The position numbers and the translations under genes are program-made. Below, in pieces: positions 1-13,068 of a stretch of 64,000 nucleotides of DNA (position 1 is the first letter of the stretch; every line of letters starts with the position of its first letter). Below the pieces are notes generated by a model. The model saw only the letters and a program-made list of their open reading frames with translations. It had not been told where the DNA came from and did not search any database. The stretch spans positions 157,356,001 to 157,420,000 of the forward strand of contig NC_042997.1 of assembly GCF_006345805.1 (NCBI RefSeq), written 5' to 3'. The DNA is from Octopus sinensis. Its lineage: Eukaryota.

Positions 1-194
1 GGTAGAAAATGCTAAAATAATTTTATCATATAAAAACATTTTAGCACCGGTTTCATCATTCACACTTTTTCAACTCTAAGTATGGAAAACAATTAAATTT
101 TGGAAAAATTAAATGAACAATTTTTAACAGAATATTTGCATAGTATTAAAATACAAGGAGCCATGTCCTTGCATCTGCATGTTTCTGTTTCTCT

Positions 195-466
195 TGTTTA
201 CTCTTGTGGGTTCGAAACGCACCAACATCGGTTGTCAAGTGATGGTGGAGGGACAAACACAGATACCCAAATACACACACACACACACACACGCACACGC
301 ACATACACACATATATATTCGTCAAGCTTCTTTCAGTTTCCGTTAACCAAAATCCACCTACAAGGCTTTGATCGGCCCGTAGCTTTAGTAGAAGACATTT
401 CCCCAAGGTGTCACGCAGTGGAACTGAACCAGGAACAATGTGGTTGGGAAGTAAGCTTCTTACCAC

Positions 467-470
<4 letters not shown>
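195..470 (-). mobile_element. tRNA-derived SINE, family A (partial)
   Basis: Shares catcggttgtcaag..gggacaaacacaga, ttctttcagtttccg and caaggtgtcacgcagtgg..cttcttaccacaca blocks with copies at 2087, 14385, 49833 and 58112. Confidence 0.85.
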
Positions 471-505
<35 letters not shown>

Positions 506-767
506 TTGATAATAAGGGGAATGAAGAATTTGAACATTCAAACTTTATATTTATTTTCAGTTAGTTTATTCATAATAATTGTCCGAAATGTATTTCTCCT
601 TATTATCGATACTGTACTTTACACTCTAAATAGCTAGTAAATAAACTGAAACTTCGGATGGCAGTTAGAAGAAGTTTACCATAAAACGCACCGTCTGAAG
701 GAAGCAACCTAGAAATTTTACATTGAGAAATTCGGTATCTACCTGGATATTACGTCGCTCCTTTTAC

Positions 768-840
<73 letters not shown>

Positions 841-842
<2 letters not shown>

Positions 843-1030
843 TTGTCCCCCTAGCATTGCTTGACAACCGATGCTGGTGTGTTAACGTCCCCGTCACTTA
901 GCGGTTCGGCAAAAGAGACCGATAGAATAAGTACTGGGCTTACAAAGAATAAGTCCTGGGGTCGATTTGCTCGACTAAAGGCGGTGCTCCAGCATGGCCG
1001 CAGTCAAATGACTGAAACAAGTAAAAGAGT
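841..1030 (+). mobile_element. SINE family A, 3' half
   Basis: tttgtccccc..gcttgacaaccgatgctgg..gcggttcggcaaaagagaccgatagaataagtac..ggcggtgctccagcatggccgcagtcaaatgactgaaacaag, ending in a (GTAAAAGA)n tail. Confidence 0.85.
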
Positions 1031-1039
1031 AAAAGAGTA

Positions 1040-1127
1040 AAAGATATACATATATATATATATATATATAATATATATATATATACACACACATATATAT
1101 ATACACACACATATATATATACACGTA

Positions 1128-1161
<34 letters not shown>

Positions 1162-1189
1162 CGTATATATATATATATATACATACACA

Positions 1190-1227
<38 letters not shown>

Positions 1228-1238
1228 CACACACACGC

Positions 1239-1271
<33 letters not shown>

Positions 1272-1315
1272 ATATTATATATATATATATATATACATAT
1301 GTATATATATATATA
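1040..1315. repeat. Compound (TA)n/(CA)n microsatellite, representative of dozens in the window
   Basis: Directly visible. It generates the YI/VC/HT junk ORFs in the track. Confidence 0.95.
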
Positions 1316-1391
1316 GTAAAGTCTCCTGATATGAAATCGTGTGTTAAAAAAGATATTGTTGTATTTCAGGGCGGTCATTCTTTTTCTATAT

Positions 1392-2043
1392 AAACACACG
1401 CACTATATATTTGTTCTTCATTCGTTTATTACTGTTCTTATTCTAACTCATGTCCATTGTCCGGAATCCTTTCGTCACACGTCTGTGACCTCTTTAGTAA
1501 CACTTTCTATCTTCGTGTGTGCTCTCACTCCACTTATTTTATTCTGTTCTATGATGTGTATGCTTATATGCGCATGTGTTTACGTCCGTGTTTATGTGTG
1601 ATTGTGTGCAAGTGGGTGTGTGTATGTGTGTGTGTCATTGTTCTTAGTAGCGCTATGACCGTCTTTCCTGTTGTCACTCTTGCTGTCATAGGACCCGAAA
1701 TTTGGTACAGTTCCTGTATTACTCTGTGTTTGTGTATTCGCCCACGTTGCTGCCCTTGTGTTAGATGTTGCTGATACTGTTGCGGCCGCCTGTGAAGTTA
1801 CTATTTGTGTTTCTGTGTGTATATGGGTTCGCTTCCTATATTGTTTGTATCCGTGCCCTTTATATAGATGTATTTATCGATCTATTTATTTTCATGTACC
1901 TCTATTTCTTATATTTATCACAGGTATGCTTATTTAAGGCAGAGAGGTCACAGATGTGTGACGAAATATTCCGGACAATGGACATGAGTTTGAATAAGAA
2001 CTGTAAGAAATGAATGAAGAACGAATATACAGTGCGTGTGTTT
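1392..2043. repeat. Inverted repeat pair, about 100-bp arms (1392-1493 / 1943-2043)
   Basis: ctcatgtccattgtccggaatcctttcgtcacacgtctgtgacctct is the reverse complement of agaggtcacagatgtgtgacgaaatattccggacaatggacatgag, with a few mismatches. Confidence 0.85.
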
Positions 2044-2086
2044 ATTTGGCAAAGAGAAAACAAAAAAACATCTCGAAATACAATAT

Positions 2087-2424
2087 ATACTTTTAGTCAA
2101 GCAAATCGACCCCAGGACTTATTCTTTATAAGCCTATTATTTATTTTATCGGTTTCTTTTGCCGAACCGCTAAGTTACGGGGACGTACACACAGCAGCAT
2201 CGGTTGTCAAGCGATGTTGGGGGGCAAACACAGACACACAAACTTATACACACATATATATACATATATACGACGGGCTTCTTTCAGTTTCCGTCTACCA
2301 AATTCACTAACAAGGCTTTATTCGGCCCGAGGCTATAGTAGAAGACACTTGCCCAAGGTGCCACGCAATGGGACTGAACCTGGAACCATGTGGTTCGTAA
2401 GCAAGCTACTTTCCACACAGCCAA
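2087..2424 (-). mobile_element. SINE family A, near full length
   Basis: Collinear with the other family A copies. The tRNA-like head (gctgtgtggaaagt..ggttccaggttcagtccc) is on the minus strand. Confidence 0.85.
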
Positions 2425-2551
2425 GGGTTTTAGTTCACTGGTGATCTAAAGAAATAGGTACGCTGTGTAAGCGCCATAATTGGTCATCCGTTGACAGGTG
2501 AGGCTGAAGCTAGGGATCCGTAGTAGGTTTCCGAGTTAGCAGGTATATATC

Positions 2552-2698
2552 AGAGGGGAAAAGGACAACAAAAAATCAAGGCAGGACGAGTCATTTACAA
2601 TATTTAATTATTTAGAATATTTCACATTACTCTAATTAAATATTCTAAATGACTTGAGATACTCGTCCCGCCTTGTAATTTTTTTTCCATTTTCCTCT
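2552..2698. repeat. Imperfect fold-back element, about 150 bp
   Basis: caaggcaggacgagt / actcgtcccgccttg arms plus outer gaggggaaaa / ttttcctct; bounded by TA runs. Confidence 0.7.
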
Positions 2699-2699
2699 A

Positions 2700-2735
<36 letters not shown>

Positions 2736-3335
2736 GTGTGTATATGTATATATTTTTGTTTATGATTTATATATATCACCATCTTTTAACCGAATATTTA
2801 AGTTACGGAGACGTAAACAAACCATCACCGGATGACAGGAGATAAACACAAGAGGTCAAAGACATATATACATTGATATACACATGTACACGACGGGCTT
2901 CTTTCAGTATCCGCCTACCATATCCACTCACAAGGCGTTACTCGGCCCGAGGTTATAGTACATGACATTTTGCTGAAGGTGCCGCCCAGTGGAATACACT
3001 CAAATCCATGTGGTTGGGAAGCAAATTTCTTACCATACAATTGCGCCTATCATGGTTTTAGCATATAGTCCCTTCCTAGTGTGTTCCACTAAATAATTTC
3101 CCAATTATTTCTCATGTCATGGTATGTTTTCTGCCATTGTCTTGGTTACGTCACGAAATATTTAACTATATATTTTCTGCGTCGGTCTTTGCTTTTTCTT
3201 CACCGGAAGAATCATGAGCTTTCCTGTCTTCATGACTTGGATTCTGTGATTTGAATAGTCGCTGCATGGACAATTTCCCATGTGACTCCTCTGTTTTGTT
3301 TTTCTTTTCGTATTGTGCCATTTCTGTTATATATA

Positions 3336-4430
3336 CGGGAGTAATCCCAAAAGTTAGGTCTCCGCCAATATTTAGAAATCACAAAAACGTTTATTGTCAA
3401 TGATATTTACATCATTTTAAAGTTTGAACATTTATCTATTTTTCTACGTAATCGCCATTTCGGCCGATGCATTTTTCTAGGTGCTGGGGAAGTTTTTCTA
3501 TGCTCATGTCATACCAGCTCACCGCCATGTCGTTGAGGAAGCGTTGAACCTCATCTTTCATCTTGTCGTCGTTGCTGAAGCGCGTTCCGGCCAGATGCTC
3601 TTTCAACTTAGGGAACAGGTGGTAGTCATTGGGTGCCAAGTCCGGACTGGGTTGTCATTTAAGGTCTTCTGTGAGCATTCATGGGACCCATCTTGCGCAT
3701 ACCTTCTGATATTGCAACTTTTCCCTCGAAACCCTAAGAATGGTGTTTCGGGAAACCTCAAGAAGCAAAATGCGGAGATCATCCAGAGCGATCCGCCGAT
3801 TTTTACGCAGGATTTGTTCAACTTTCGCGACTGTCTCGTCGGAAATTGATGGCCGCTCGCTTCATTCTTCGTCATGAATTTCAGTACGACCACCTACCTG
3901 TAAACTCGCTACACCACTTACAGACGTTTTTGACATCCATGCACGACTCGCCATACACTTGTGTTAAATGGCGATGAATTTGAATCGGTTTAATGCCTTT
4001 TGCGTTCAAAAACCAAATAACTGCGTGAACTTCACACTTGGCGGTAGCGTCAATCGGGAGCTCCATCAGATACGACTGCCAAGCCAAGACTGATTTTGGC
4101 AGCAAGGCGCGCGCAAGGGCAGGCGCAGGCACAGGCCAATACACAACAAACGTAGCCGTTCAAGAATTTGGACCTGGAGATCTCCATTTCCAGCGACAGT
4201 GGTGTCGGGCGTCAACGAAGAGCCCTCGACTACAAGACGACCTAAGTTTTATTTTCCAAGGTCTGGGGTCTCCCGCCCCTAAGTCCTAGACCATCACCTA
4301 ATCACCCTTACCCGTCTTGTTGCTTAACAACAACAACAACAACAACAAACGCAACAGTGTTGCCAATAGCCGCACGCAGTTTCCCAGCGTCCCCAGCGCT
4401 TTGGAGACCTTACTTTAAGGATTACTTTCT
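3336..4430 (-). mobile_element. mariner element, internally deleted and frameshifted
   Basis: TIRs TA|cgggagtaatcccaaaagttaggtctcc and ggagaccttactttaaggattactttct|TA. Translation gives MELPIDATAKCEVHAVIWFLNAKG (N-term), a WVP motif and APNDYHLFPKLKEHLAG..GDYVEK (C-term). The segment between WVP and the final Asp is missing. Confidence 0.9.
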
Positions 4431-5002
4431 TACCTACATACTTGCATACATACATAGATACGAGAGTAAGTCAGAAATAATTGCAGGTTCTCTCTCTCTT
4501 TCTCTCTTTCTCTCTTGCACATGCACACGCACATACATACATACAAACGTACATACATACATACATACAAACATACATACATACATACATGCATACATAC
4601 ATACATACTCTCGTATTATATTAATTTTTATCTGTATATCGAACTATAATAACAACAGTTTAATATGAAACTGGGGAGCTACTCAATATTTATACTTTTA
4701 CAAGAAGAGAGGTGACAGTGACTTCGAAATACGAACTGTCCTCGACGGTTAGCAGGCTGAAACTCCAAAGGAATTATCATTTCTCTTCTTGTGAAAGTAT
4801 ACTATACATGTGTGTATGTATGTATGTATGTATGTATGTATGTATGTATGTATGTATGTATGTATGTATGTATGTATGTATATATGCATGCATGTATGTA
4901 TGTATTACGCATGAAAGCATATATGTATGTAAATGTATAAGTGTATGTATATATATATGTACATATATATACATGTACATGCAAATATGTATATCCATGT
5001 AC

Positions 5003-5034
<32 letters not shown>

Positions 5035-5076
5035 TATATATGTGTATATATATATATATATACATATATTTATATA

Positions 5077-5119
<43 letters not shown>

Positions 5120-5518
5120 CACGCATACATACCACAGTACACGAACATACACATTTATGCATACATGCATACAAACATTCTTGATTATATCTAGTAAGCT
5201 CTGATATTGCCACCGATAAAGAAAGGCTATTAGAAATAAGCCATCTATAGACCATTTCAAACCTTTACCCTAACAAAACTTCATTCTTATCATATATTTA
5301 AATAGCTCAAATACTTGCCTCTTCTTTCTAAGAACACAAATACAATTGAACCCCTTTATATTCATTTTTAGTATGCCCACTTTGAATTCTTCGAATTGTC
5401 GCATTAGTTTTCTTCTGATCATTTTAAAGTTTGAGATAAGTTATTTATTTTATAACAGTTGCAGTTTAACAGTCATCCTGTATACACATTTATCATCATC
5501 TATTATTTATGTATGTAT

Positions 5519-5589
5519 CGTCGGAAATTGATGGTCGCCCGCTTCTTTCTTCGTCATGGATTTCAGTACGACCAGCTAGCTGTAAACTC

Positions 5590-5590
<1 letters not shown>
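5519..5590 (-). mobile_element. Short fragment of the same mariner family
   Basis: cgtcggaaattgatggtcgcccgcttctttcttcgtcatggatttcagtacgacc..ctgtaaactcg closely matches 3837-3908. Confidence 0.8.
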
Positions 5591-5623
<33 letters not shown>

Positions 5624-6424
5624 GTGATGAACAACGCTAAAGCAAGCGTAATATTTATAGTCACCAAAAGGTACTCAAATCTAAAACTTAAATTCCATCT
5701 CTTTCATCGAGGATAGGTAACTTAGGAATAGGAAGTCAGACTGGCATCTCTCATTGTTTACCCGAAACAGCTGTAAAGTTAAGACTTCATTGCAGCATTC
5801 TTTTATTCTTTATTTCTATACGTAATTTTCCAAGTAAGTACATCTTTTGGGCCTACTTTTGTTTATTTGCCTTGTCTTACTCGTGTAAATATCGAAAGTA
5901 TTTTTAAAATCCAATATTTAATTGCTTTATCTACTTCAAGTTCCACTGCTCAAAGCGAATTTTTCCACGTCCCCCAAAGTTTCTAAATTCTCATGATGCA
6001 AACAAGATATGTATAATATGATATGTGTGTATAAAAAAACAACAAAACTTTTTAAATGCAAAAATGCATAAACTTCAGAAGTTTAAAGTTAATATAATAA
6101 TTTTATCTGTTAACGAAGAGAAAATAAAATCTGCCACGCATCCAGTGTGACTCGAAAGCCGCGTCTGTTATAAGTCATATAGTTGTGCTAACAACTACAG
6201 CAAAAAGACTTCGCAAGTCCCATTGTCCAATTTAGATGACTCAACCTAAGCTCTAAGAGTACACTTCCCATCAGATTTATGTTCACAAATTATATAACAT
6301 AGAAACATAAAACCATAAAACTATAAATTCACGTCTTGTTTCTTACTCATATGCAAATGCCAACCCATTTATACCAATACTCAAAATATTCAAATGTATG
6401 TATGTATGTATGTATGTATGTATG

Positions 6425-6455
<31 letters not shown>

Positions 6456-6599
6456 CTATTATTAATGCCACCAACACATTACATGTGTACCAGAAAGTAT
6501 TGAGTCAGCATTTATGCTTCATAAACCCCATGATTTCTCTGTGAGTGGGACAGCCAAGTCAAGAATTTACATAGAGTCCCGAAGGAATTGCCAAATAAA

Positions 6600-7060
6600 A
6601 AATACCTAGAGTTTGGTACCAAAAGCATCATCAGACTTAGCTTAGAGAATTGAGGCAAAGTACTGCTGCTGCGACTTGATATTAAGCTTTGATTGATAAA
6701 GTAGCTTTATTTGTTAAAACCCTGTTAAAAGATGGAGACTACTTTATGCATTTGTGCCAACCTAATGTGAAAGGTTTATTTACCACACCTCCTAATTGAA
6801 AACTGATTTCTGATGAGAATTTGATGGTGAGCTGATCAACCTAGAATAGGAAGCTCAAAATCCAAATTACAAAGAAATTGTGAAAAGTTCAAGTTTAAAG
6901 AGCTGAAAGTTCAGCTTTTTGGATTCACATTTCGAATCTTTACCAACATGTTTTGAAGCTATCAGTAAAGAACAGAGGGAAAGATTCCACTAGGATATCG
7001 AGGACTTGGAAAAAATGTATCAGGAACATTAGGATGTCAATTTGATTGTGGGCTACAATT
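6600..7060 (+). pseudogene. Chapaev/CMC-like DNA transposase fossil
   Basis: Manual translation across stops gives LLLRLDIKL*LIK..FVKTLLKDGDYFMHLC, NYKEIVK and DSHFESLPTCFEAISKEQRERFH*DIEDLEKMYQEH*DVN. These resemble LLPPLHIKLGLMKQFVKAL and SDEQGERFHQDIKEMERRYQGRWD. The family name is from memory. Confidence 0.7.
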
Positions 7061-7210
7061 AGTTAATTCAAAGGGACACACTAATCTATGCATGTATATA
7101 TATATATATATACATATACATATGAGAGGTATTGATATCCAGAAAAGCCAAGATGGCAGGTAAGGCTTATGTAAATGCTACGGAAGGACAGTAGTTAGAC
7201 TCTCGGTTCG

Positions 7211-7264
<54 letters not shown>

Positions 7265-7440
7265 TGTGTGTGTGCATGGGTCTGTATACATGTATGGGAA
7301 TAAAAGATACTGCTGACTTTTTATTTCAAGGTTTTCAGTCACCACTTAACACTGTGCATGCAAAAAGGTGACTTGCTCTGATGTATAATCAGGATCGATC
7401 CGGTCTGGTGAAGTAGCGTCATCTTTTCTATGGTATATAT

Positions 7441-7505
7441 CAATGGTTCCCAGCCTGGGGTCCGCAAAGGTATACCGGTGGTCCTTGAACTAAATTCAAA
7501 ATTTC

Positions 7506-7574
<69 letters not shown>

Positions 7575-7622
7575 ATAGGCATATCAAAAGGGGTCGGTGG
7601 GAAAACTCATTGGGAAGCACTG
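7441..7622. mobile_element. hAT-like MITE with internal (TA)n
   Basis: Ends caatggttcccagcctggggtcc and ttgggaagcactg are near reverse complements and resemble Charlie-type CAGTGGTTCCCAA termini. No clean 8-bp TSD. Confidence 0.5.
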
Positions 7623-7642
7623 TGAAAAGGATGGAAATCACT

Positions 7643-7875
7643 GGCAGCGAGCTGGCAGAATCTTTAGCACCCCGGGCGAAATGCGTAGCCGTATTTCGTC
7701 TGCCGTTACGTTCTGAGTTCAAATTCCGCCGAGGTCGACTTTACCTTTCATCCTTTCGGGGTCGATAAATTAAGTACCAGATACGCACTGGGGTCGATAT
7801 AATCGACTTAATCCGTTTGTCTGTCCATGTTTGTCCTCTATGTGTTTAGCCCCTTGTGGGTAGTAAAGAAATAGG
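7643..7875 (+). mobile_element. SINE family B
   Basis: gcgagctggcagaa..gttctgagttcaaattccgccgaggtcgact..tttcggggtcgataaattaagtaccag is repeated many times in the window. Confidence 0.85.
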
Positions 7876-8564
7876 TATATATCTTGGGGTTGAAAGATTG
7901 CATGTTTGTTTGTCACAGTCTTATAACTCTGTACTAAACATATAGCTTATGTTCTGCAAGTAATTTAGCAAGTATATTCATTTGGACTGGCTTGTGTCAG
8001 TGTTTAAAGTTTTTGCAAAAAAAACAAAACAAGATAATATATTAATAGACTTGGTTTTTATAATTGTTCCAGGTTAGATGATAGGTTGCAGTGCAATTTC
8101 GAAAATGGCATTGTATTATGAATAAGTAAATAAAAACAAAAATTGGTTAAAACTTCAAGTGCATCTATATAACAAGATTGAGCCGTTTTTTTAAAACAAT
8201 TATCAGTGTAAGAAGGAAAATCAAGGATACAACGCATCTGTAAAGATATTATGAACCAGTTTCCTGTTTTATACAGGATTTCAAATTTAGAGAATTTATC
8301 AATGAGTTTATTAGAATATGGGTTTACTATACCGGTAAACTTATTGTGCTGTTCCTGAAAATACACATCTATTTGCAATTTAAATAAGGATCAAATTTCA
8401 TCCTTTTGCACAACTGCAGATGGCGTGTATCGTTTGAGGAACACCGTGGTATGTAGGAAATTAAAGTAATGACGTTTCTTTAAAGATAATACGAATCAAT
8501 AGCTAATACGAGATACACCATTTCGAAGAAAGCAGAGTTTTACTACAAAGTTTTTCGCTGACTT

Positions 8565-8613
8565 CACCATCATCATCATCATCATCATCAACATCATCAT
8601 CAACATCATCACC

Positions 8614-8671
<58 letters not shown>

Positions 8672-8673
8672 CC

Positions 8674-8743
<70 letters not shown>

Positions 8744-8759
8744 CCACCACCATCACCAC

Positions 8760-8799
<40 letters not shown>

Positions 8800-8824
8800 T
8801 CCACCACCACCACCATCATCATCA

Positions 8825-8874
<50 letters not shown>

Positions 8875-8891
8875 CCACCACCACCACCACC

Positions 8892-8925
<34 letters not shown>

Positions 8926-8930
8926 CCATC
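8565..8930. repeat. Mosaic (CAT)n/(CAC)n triplet microsatellite, about 365 bp
   Basis: Directly visible. CAC blocks recur at 60-bp spacing (8611, 8671); the register breaks near 8823. Confidence 0.95.
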
Positions 8931-9881
8931 GAATCGTCTATGAGGTTTACATACAATCGTCTGACAGTAAACAAGAATGAAAAACCAAGAAACACAACAG
9001 TGTGTAAGGCCTCCCTATTCCCAGCCTTGCCGCATAACTTTTACTGCCGAGAAAAACGTTTTCCCAGTCTTGTTTTCCGACCTCCAGGAATATACTGGGG
9101 GACGGCTTATTTTGTCGTATCATATTCACCAGACTTACCGCCTAACTCACGGCAAATTTTATAGCAGCCAAATATATAACTCTGTGTGTGTCTTTATAAA
9201 ATGGCTAAATGTCTGTGATTTTGTATAATGTGTGTGTGTGTTTACATAATGCTTTGATGAAATTATTATGTTGCTTCTGCTTTTACAACTGTTTTACGGC
9301 TACTTAACATACTAAAGACAAAATTCAAATTAACTTTATGGGAATCCATCAAATGCATTTTCACCCTTAAAATACTTCGGTTGAAAAATCAGAAGCAAGT
9401 AACAAAAGTATGCTTCGTTAAATGGCTAATTTAATCCTCTTTATACACAATCATCGTCCCATGAGAGCTCGTGCAAATACATACGAAGGCACACTTACGC
9501 ACACGTACACAGTCGTACACACATACAAAGGGATAGATAGAGAGACAGGCACATATATATACACATAAATATAGAAATACGAAAGGGGCATTTACAGGGT
9601 CGTTCGACCAATTAGAAATAGCAACAAAAAATATTCCTCAAACCACACTCTATGGTCTTAAAAAAATATAATGTACAACGCTGGCTTATGTGTTTGAACT
9701 GCTAACGAAATGGTTACAAATGGAATATATTAAGTTTTGGCCTACTCTAATATGGTTGACTTGGAGACAAAAACAAAGCAAACAAAAGATGCAGTAATAT
9801 AAAAACTCAAGTTAACAAGTAAACCTCTATGTAGTCACTCAGCTTACTAGAAACAGCAGTCACATCACTCTCAAATCTCAC

Positions 9882-9933
9882 CGATGGAGTCTTAATAGAG
9901 ATATAGGAATCCCTGATGTATAAAAGGCTGTTT

Positions 9934-9966
<33 letters not shown>

Positions 9967-10089
9967 TATATACATTCTGGATTCGGGAAGTAAAATCTCA
10001 CCAGAGAGTATTAAAAGAACACCTGTCAAACAGGCAAACATAGCAGTAAAGTTAGGAAGTTGCTTTCGCAAGCATGTGATTCGGGGTTC
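9882..10089 (-). CDS. Candidate pair of small exons (10089-10002, 9927-9882) encoding a hydrophobic peptide
   Basis: tcatttgcag|EPRITCLRKQLPNFTAMFACLTGVLLILS|gtgaga, a 74-nt intron, then cag|AFYTSGIPISLLRLH|gtgaga. Phases are compatible. No homologue recognised. Confidence 0.22.
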
Positions 10090-10197
10090 CTGCAAATGAC
10101 CCCTACCAAACCTTCGAGAATAAAATTCATTAGACTGAATTCCCAGTCGTGTGTGTATATGTGTATCTATACATACATACATATATATATATATATC

Positions 10198-10230
<33 letters not shown>

Positions 10231-10765
10231 CTCCAAACATACATTATATGTTCGGTGGTCTTCCACGTATCTTCTGTCAACTAAATTCACTTAAAAGGCA
10301 TTGGTCGGGCGGGGGCTAGAAGAAACTTGTCCAACACGCCGCGCGCTGGAATTGAACCCTAAACCAAGTGATTGCATAGCGAGCTTCATAACCACACACC
10401 CACGCTTGCATATATAATGTTTTGTGTAGAATTTTACATAAAGCAGTCGAAGATTAACTGAAGGATCACTTAGTTCATTTGAGTGTAAGATTTATTTTTG
10501 AAAGTAAAAGTTTGACAGAGTCTTCGAAGTTTTGCTGCAGACTGGTCGTCTGACGTTCTAACATTCTGACATTCTGTCACTTCATTGCACTGGACTAGTA
10601 CTTTATCATTCATGACCCAGAATGAATAAAGACGAAGTTTAACCCAGAGAAGATTTCAGTTCACAACACAAACAATGGAAACAAATACCACAAGAGTTAT
10701 TTATTCCTGCTAACTCGATGCGTATATATGCGTGTGTATATCGCTAGAGTGGAATAGAGAGTCAA

Positions 10766-11030
<265 letters not shown>

Positions 11031-12022
11031 GGAGAAAGTGGGAAAAATCAGATTTGACAGAACAATCAATAGTAATATAGATATATAGATTAGATTATTT
11101 TAACCATAAAATACACAGATATACCGGAGTCTGATGTTTGGGAGGTAAAAGCCCCTAATTATGCCATAAAAGGAAAAATGGTGGGAGAGAGTGACTTCTT
11201 AAACGTAAACATACACGTAATCAGACAATTTATCATATATGCATGCGCATGTGTGCTTGGCGCGATAGGAAAGTTCGTAGATCACATAACCTTAACATGC
11301 AGGCACCAATTCAGTAATTATAGACAATCTCTTGCAGCTCTCTTATTATCGCTAATTGCCTTTCTCCTCTTCACACACTTCTCTGCTTCCTTTTCTCCCA
11401 TCCAATCAGCCATTTTCTTAAATGTGTTTTATAATGCATATGCCTCTCTGTGTACACGTGTCTTTATGTAAATGCTATGGTTCGTTCGAGTATTTATAGG
11501 TATTTTATAGACTATCATGTACATACAACGAACACATGTATGCAATTTCGCACTGATATACACACCCACGCCAACACACACCAACACAGACGCGCACACA
11601 CACGCACACACACACACTCACACACACATAGACACATGAGTAGGAATGTAACGTACGCACATACACACTCACAAACATAGACATGTGTATGATTGTAAAC
11701 GTATAGATATATCGGTGTAGGTACGTATATATGTATACATACATACATATATATATCTATATATCTATATATATTTATATATACATCCATCCCTTTTTTG
11801 TCTATATCTATATTACATATATGTAAGTGTGTGTGTGTGTGTGCGTGTGTGTGTGTATGCGTGTGCGTGTGTATATAAATGTAGGCATGTGTCTTAGATA
11901 TATATTAATTTACATATGCATACTTATATACAGACATATATCTATCTGTTTATGACTATATATATATATATATGTATATGTATGCATATACATATATATA
12001 TGTATATATGTATATACTTATG

Positions 12023-12063
<41 letters not shown>

Positions 12064-12553
12064 AATAAAAAATGGAGTCAACTTGTGAGATTTTGCTGCC
12101 CTGGTAACTATTCATTCATTAATCCGTGTTAATTGTTAACAAGGTAAAATACACTCATCTATTTATATATATATATATATATATAAATAATCAGAAAATG
12201 GAGAAAGTCTCAGATTAGCAAACACATCGATGCAACTACATTTATAGCTTATTTTTAATACAAAGCGAGATAACAAATAGGTCACCTATTTGTTTTGTCT
12301 TGCTTTGTATTAAAAAATACGCTATAAATGTGGTCCAATCGACATGTTTGTAAATCTGAGGTTTTCTCCATATCCTGATTATTTGCATTGGTTCCTTATA
12401 AACTCTTGTTTATCCTGTTGTTATCTGCACTATACGTGTTTGGTGTGTCTGTACACCAATGCCCGGGTATAATACGGGTAACAGATATCCATAGTATATA
12501 CTGATATTTTATCCCTTCGTTGGTTATTATAATCGCTAACTCTATTTACACTT

Positions 12554-12605
<52 letters not shown>

Positions 12606-12940
12606 TAATAGTTACGAATATAAAATTCCAAACTTACAGGGAAAAATTCCATTTAGCAATTCTAAATCAAATTTCACAATATATAATATATATATTTATA
12701 TAATTAAGAGAAATAACCTGTATTAAGTAATTCAATTGATAGTGAAAGATATTATCTATATTAAATCATATAGTAAAAAATTTAAATATATTATAATAAA
12801 TATTATTGTAAAATCTTTTTTCTTGGTCTGACTGCCGACCGTCAACACCTCTCATGTCCATCACCTATGTTCCTGCCGTTAGGCTTTCACTTCATACACG
12901 CCAGGTAAATCTGATTCATTCTCAGTCGAAAGACATAATT

Positions 12941-13035
12941 GTGTACCATGGCGTAGTGGTTAAGAGCACGGGCTACTAACCCCCAAATCTCGAATTCTAT
13001 TCCAAGCAGTCACCTGAATAATAATGATGATGATG

Positions 13036-13068
<33 letters not shown>

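Noticed and set aside
3205-3250. Minus-strand TCAT-GAAGA-CAG-GAAAGCTC-ATGA hammerhead-like motif
   Set aside because: The core lacks the conserved CU and has no stem II; too short to exclude chance.
8496-8930. Poly-His (plus) or poly-Met/Val (minus) reading of the CAT/CAC tract as a His-rich protein
   Set aside because: The register breaks near 8823, there is no start or splice context, and synonymous-looking variation is explained by microsatellite slippage.
12947-13010. tRNA genes at SINE heads (also 24750-24821, 40611-40680, 46170-46239)
   Set aside because: They have A/B boxes but no complete cloverleaf, and each continues into a repeat body.
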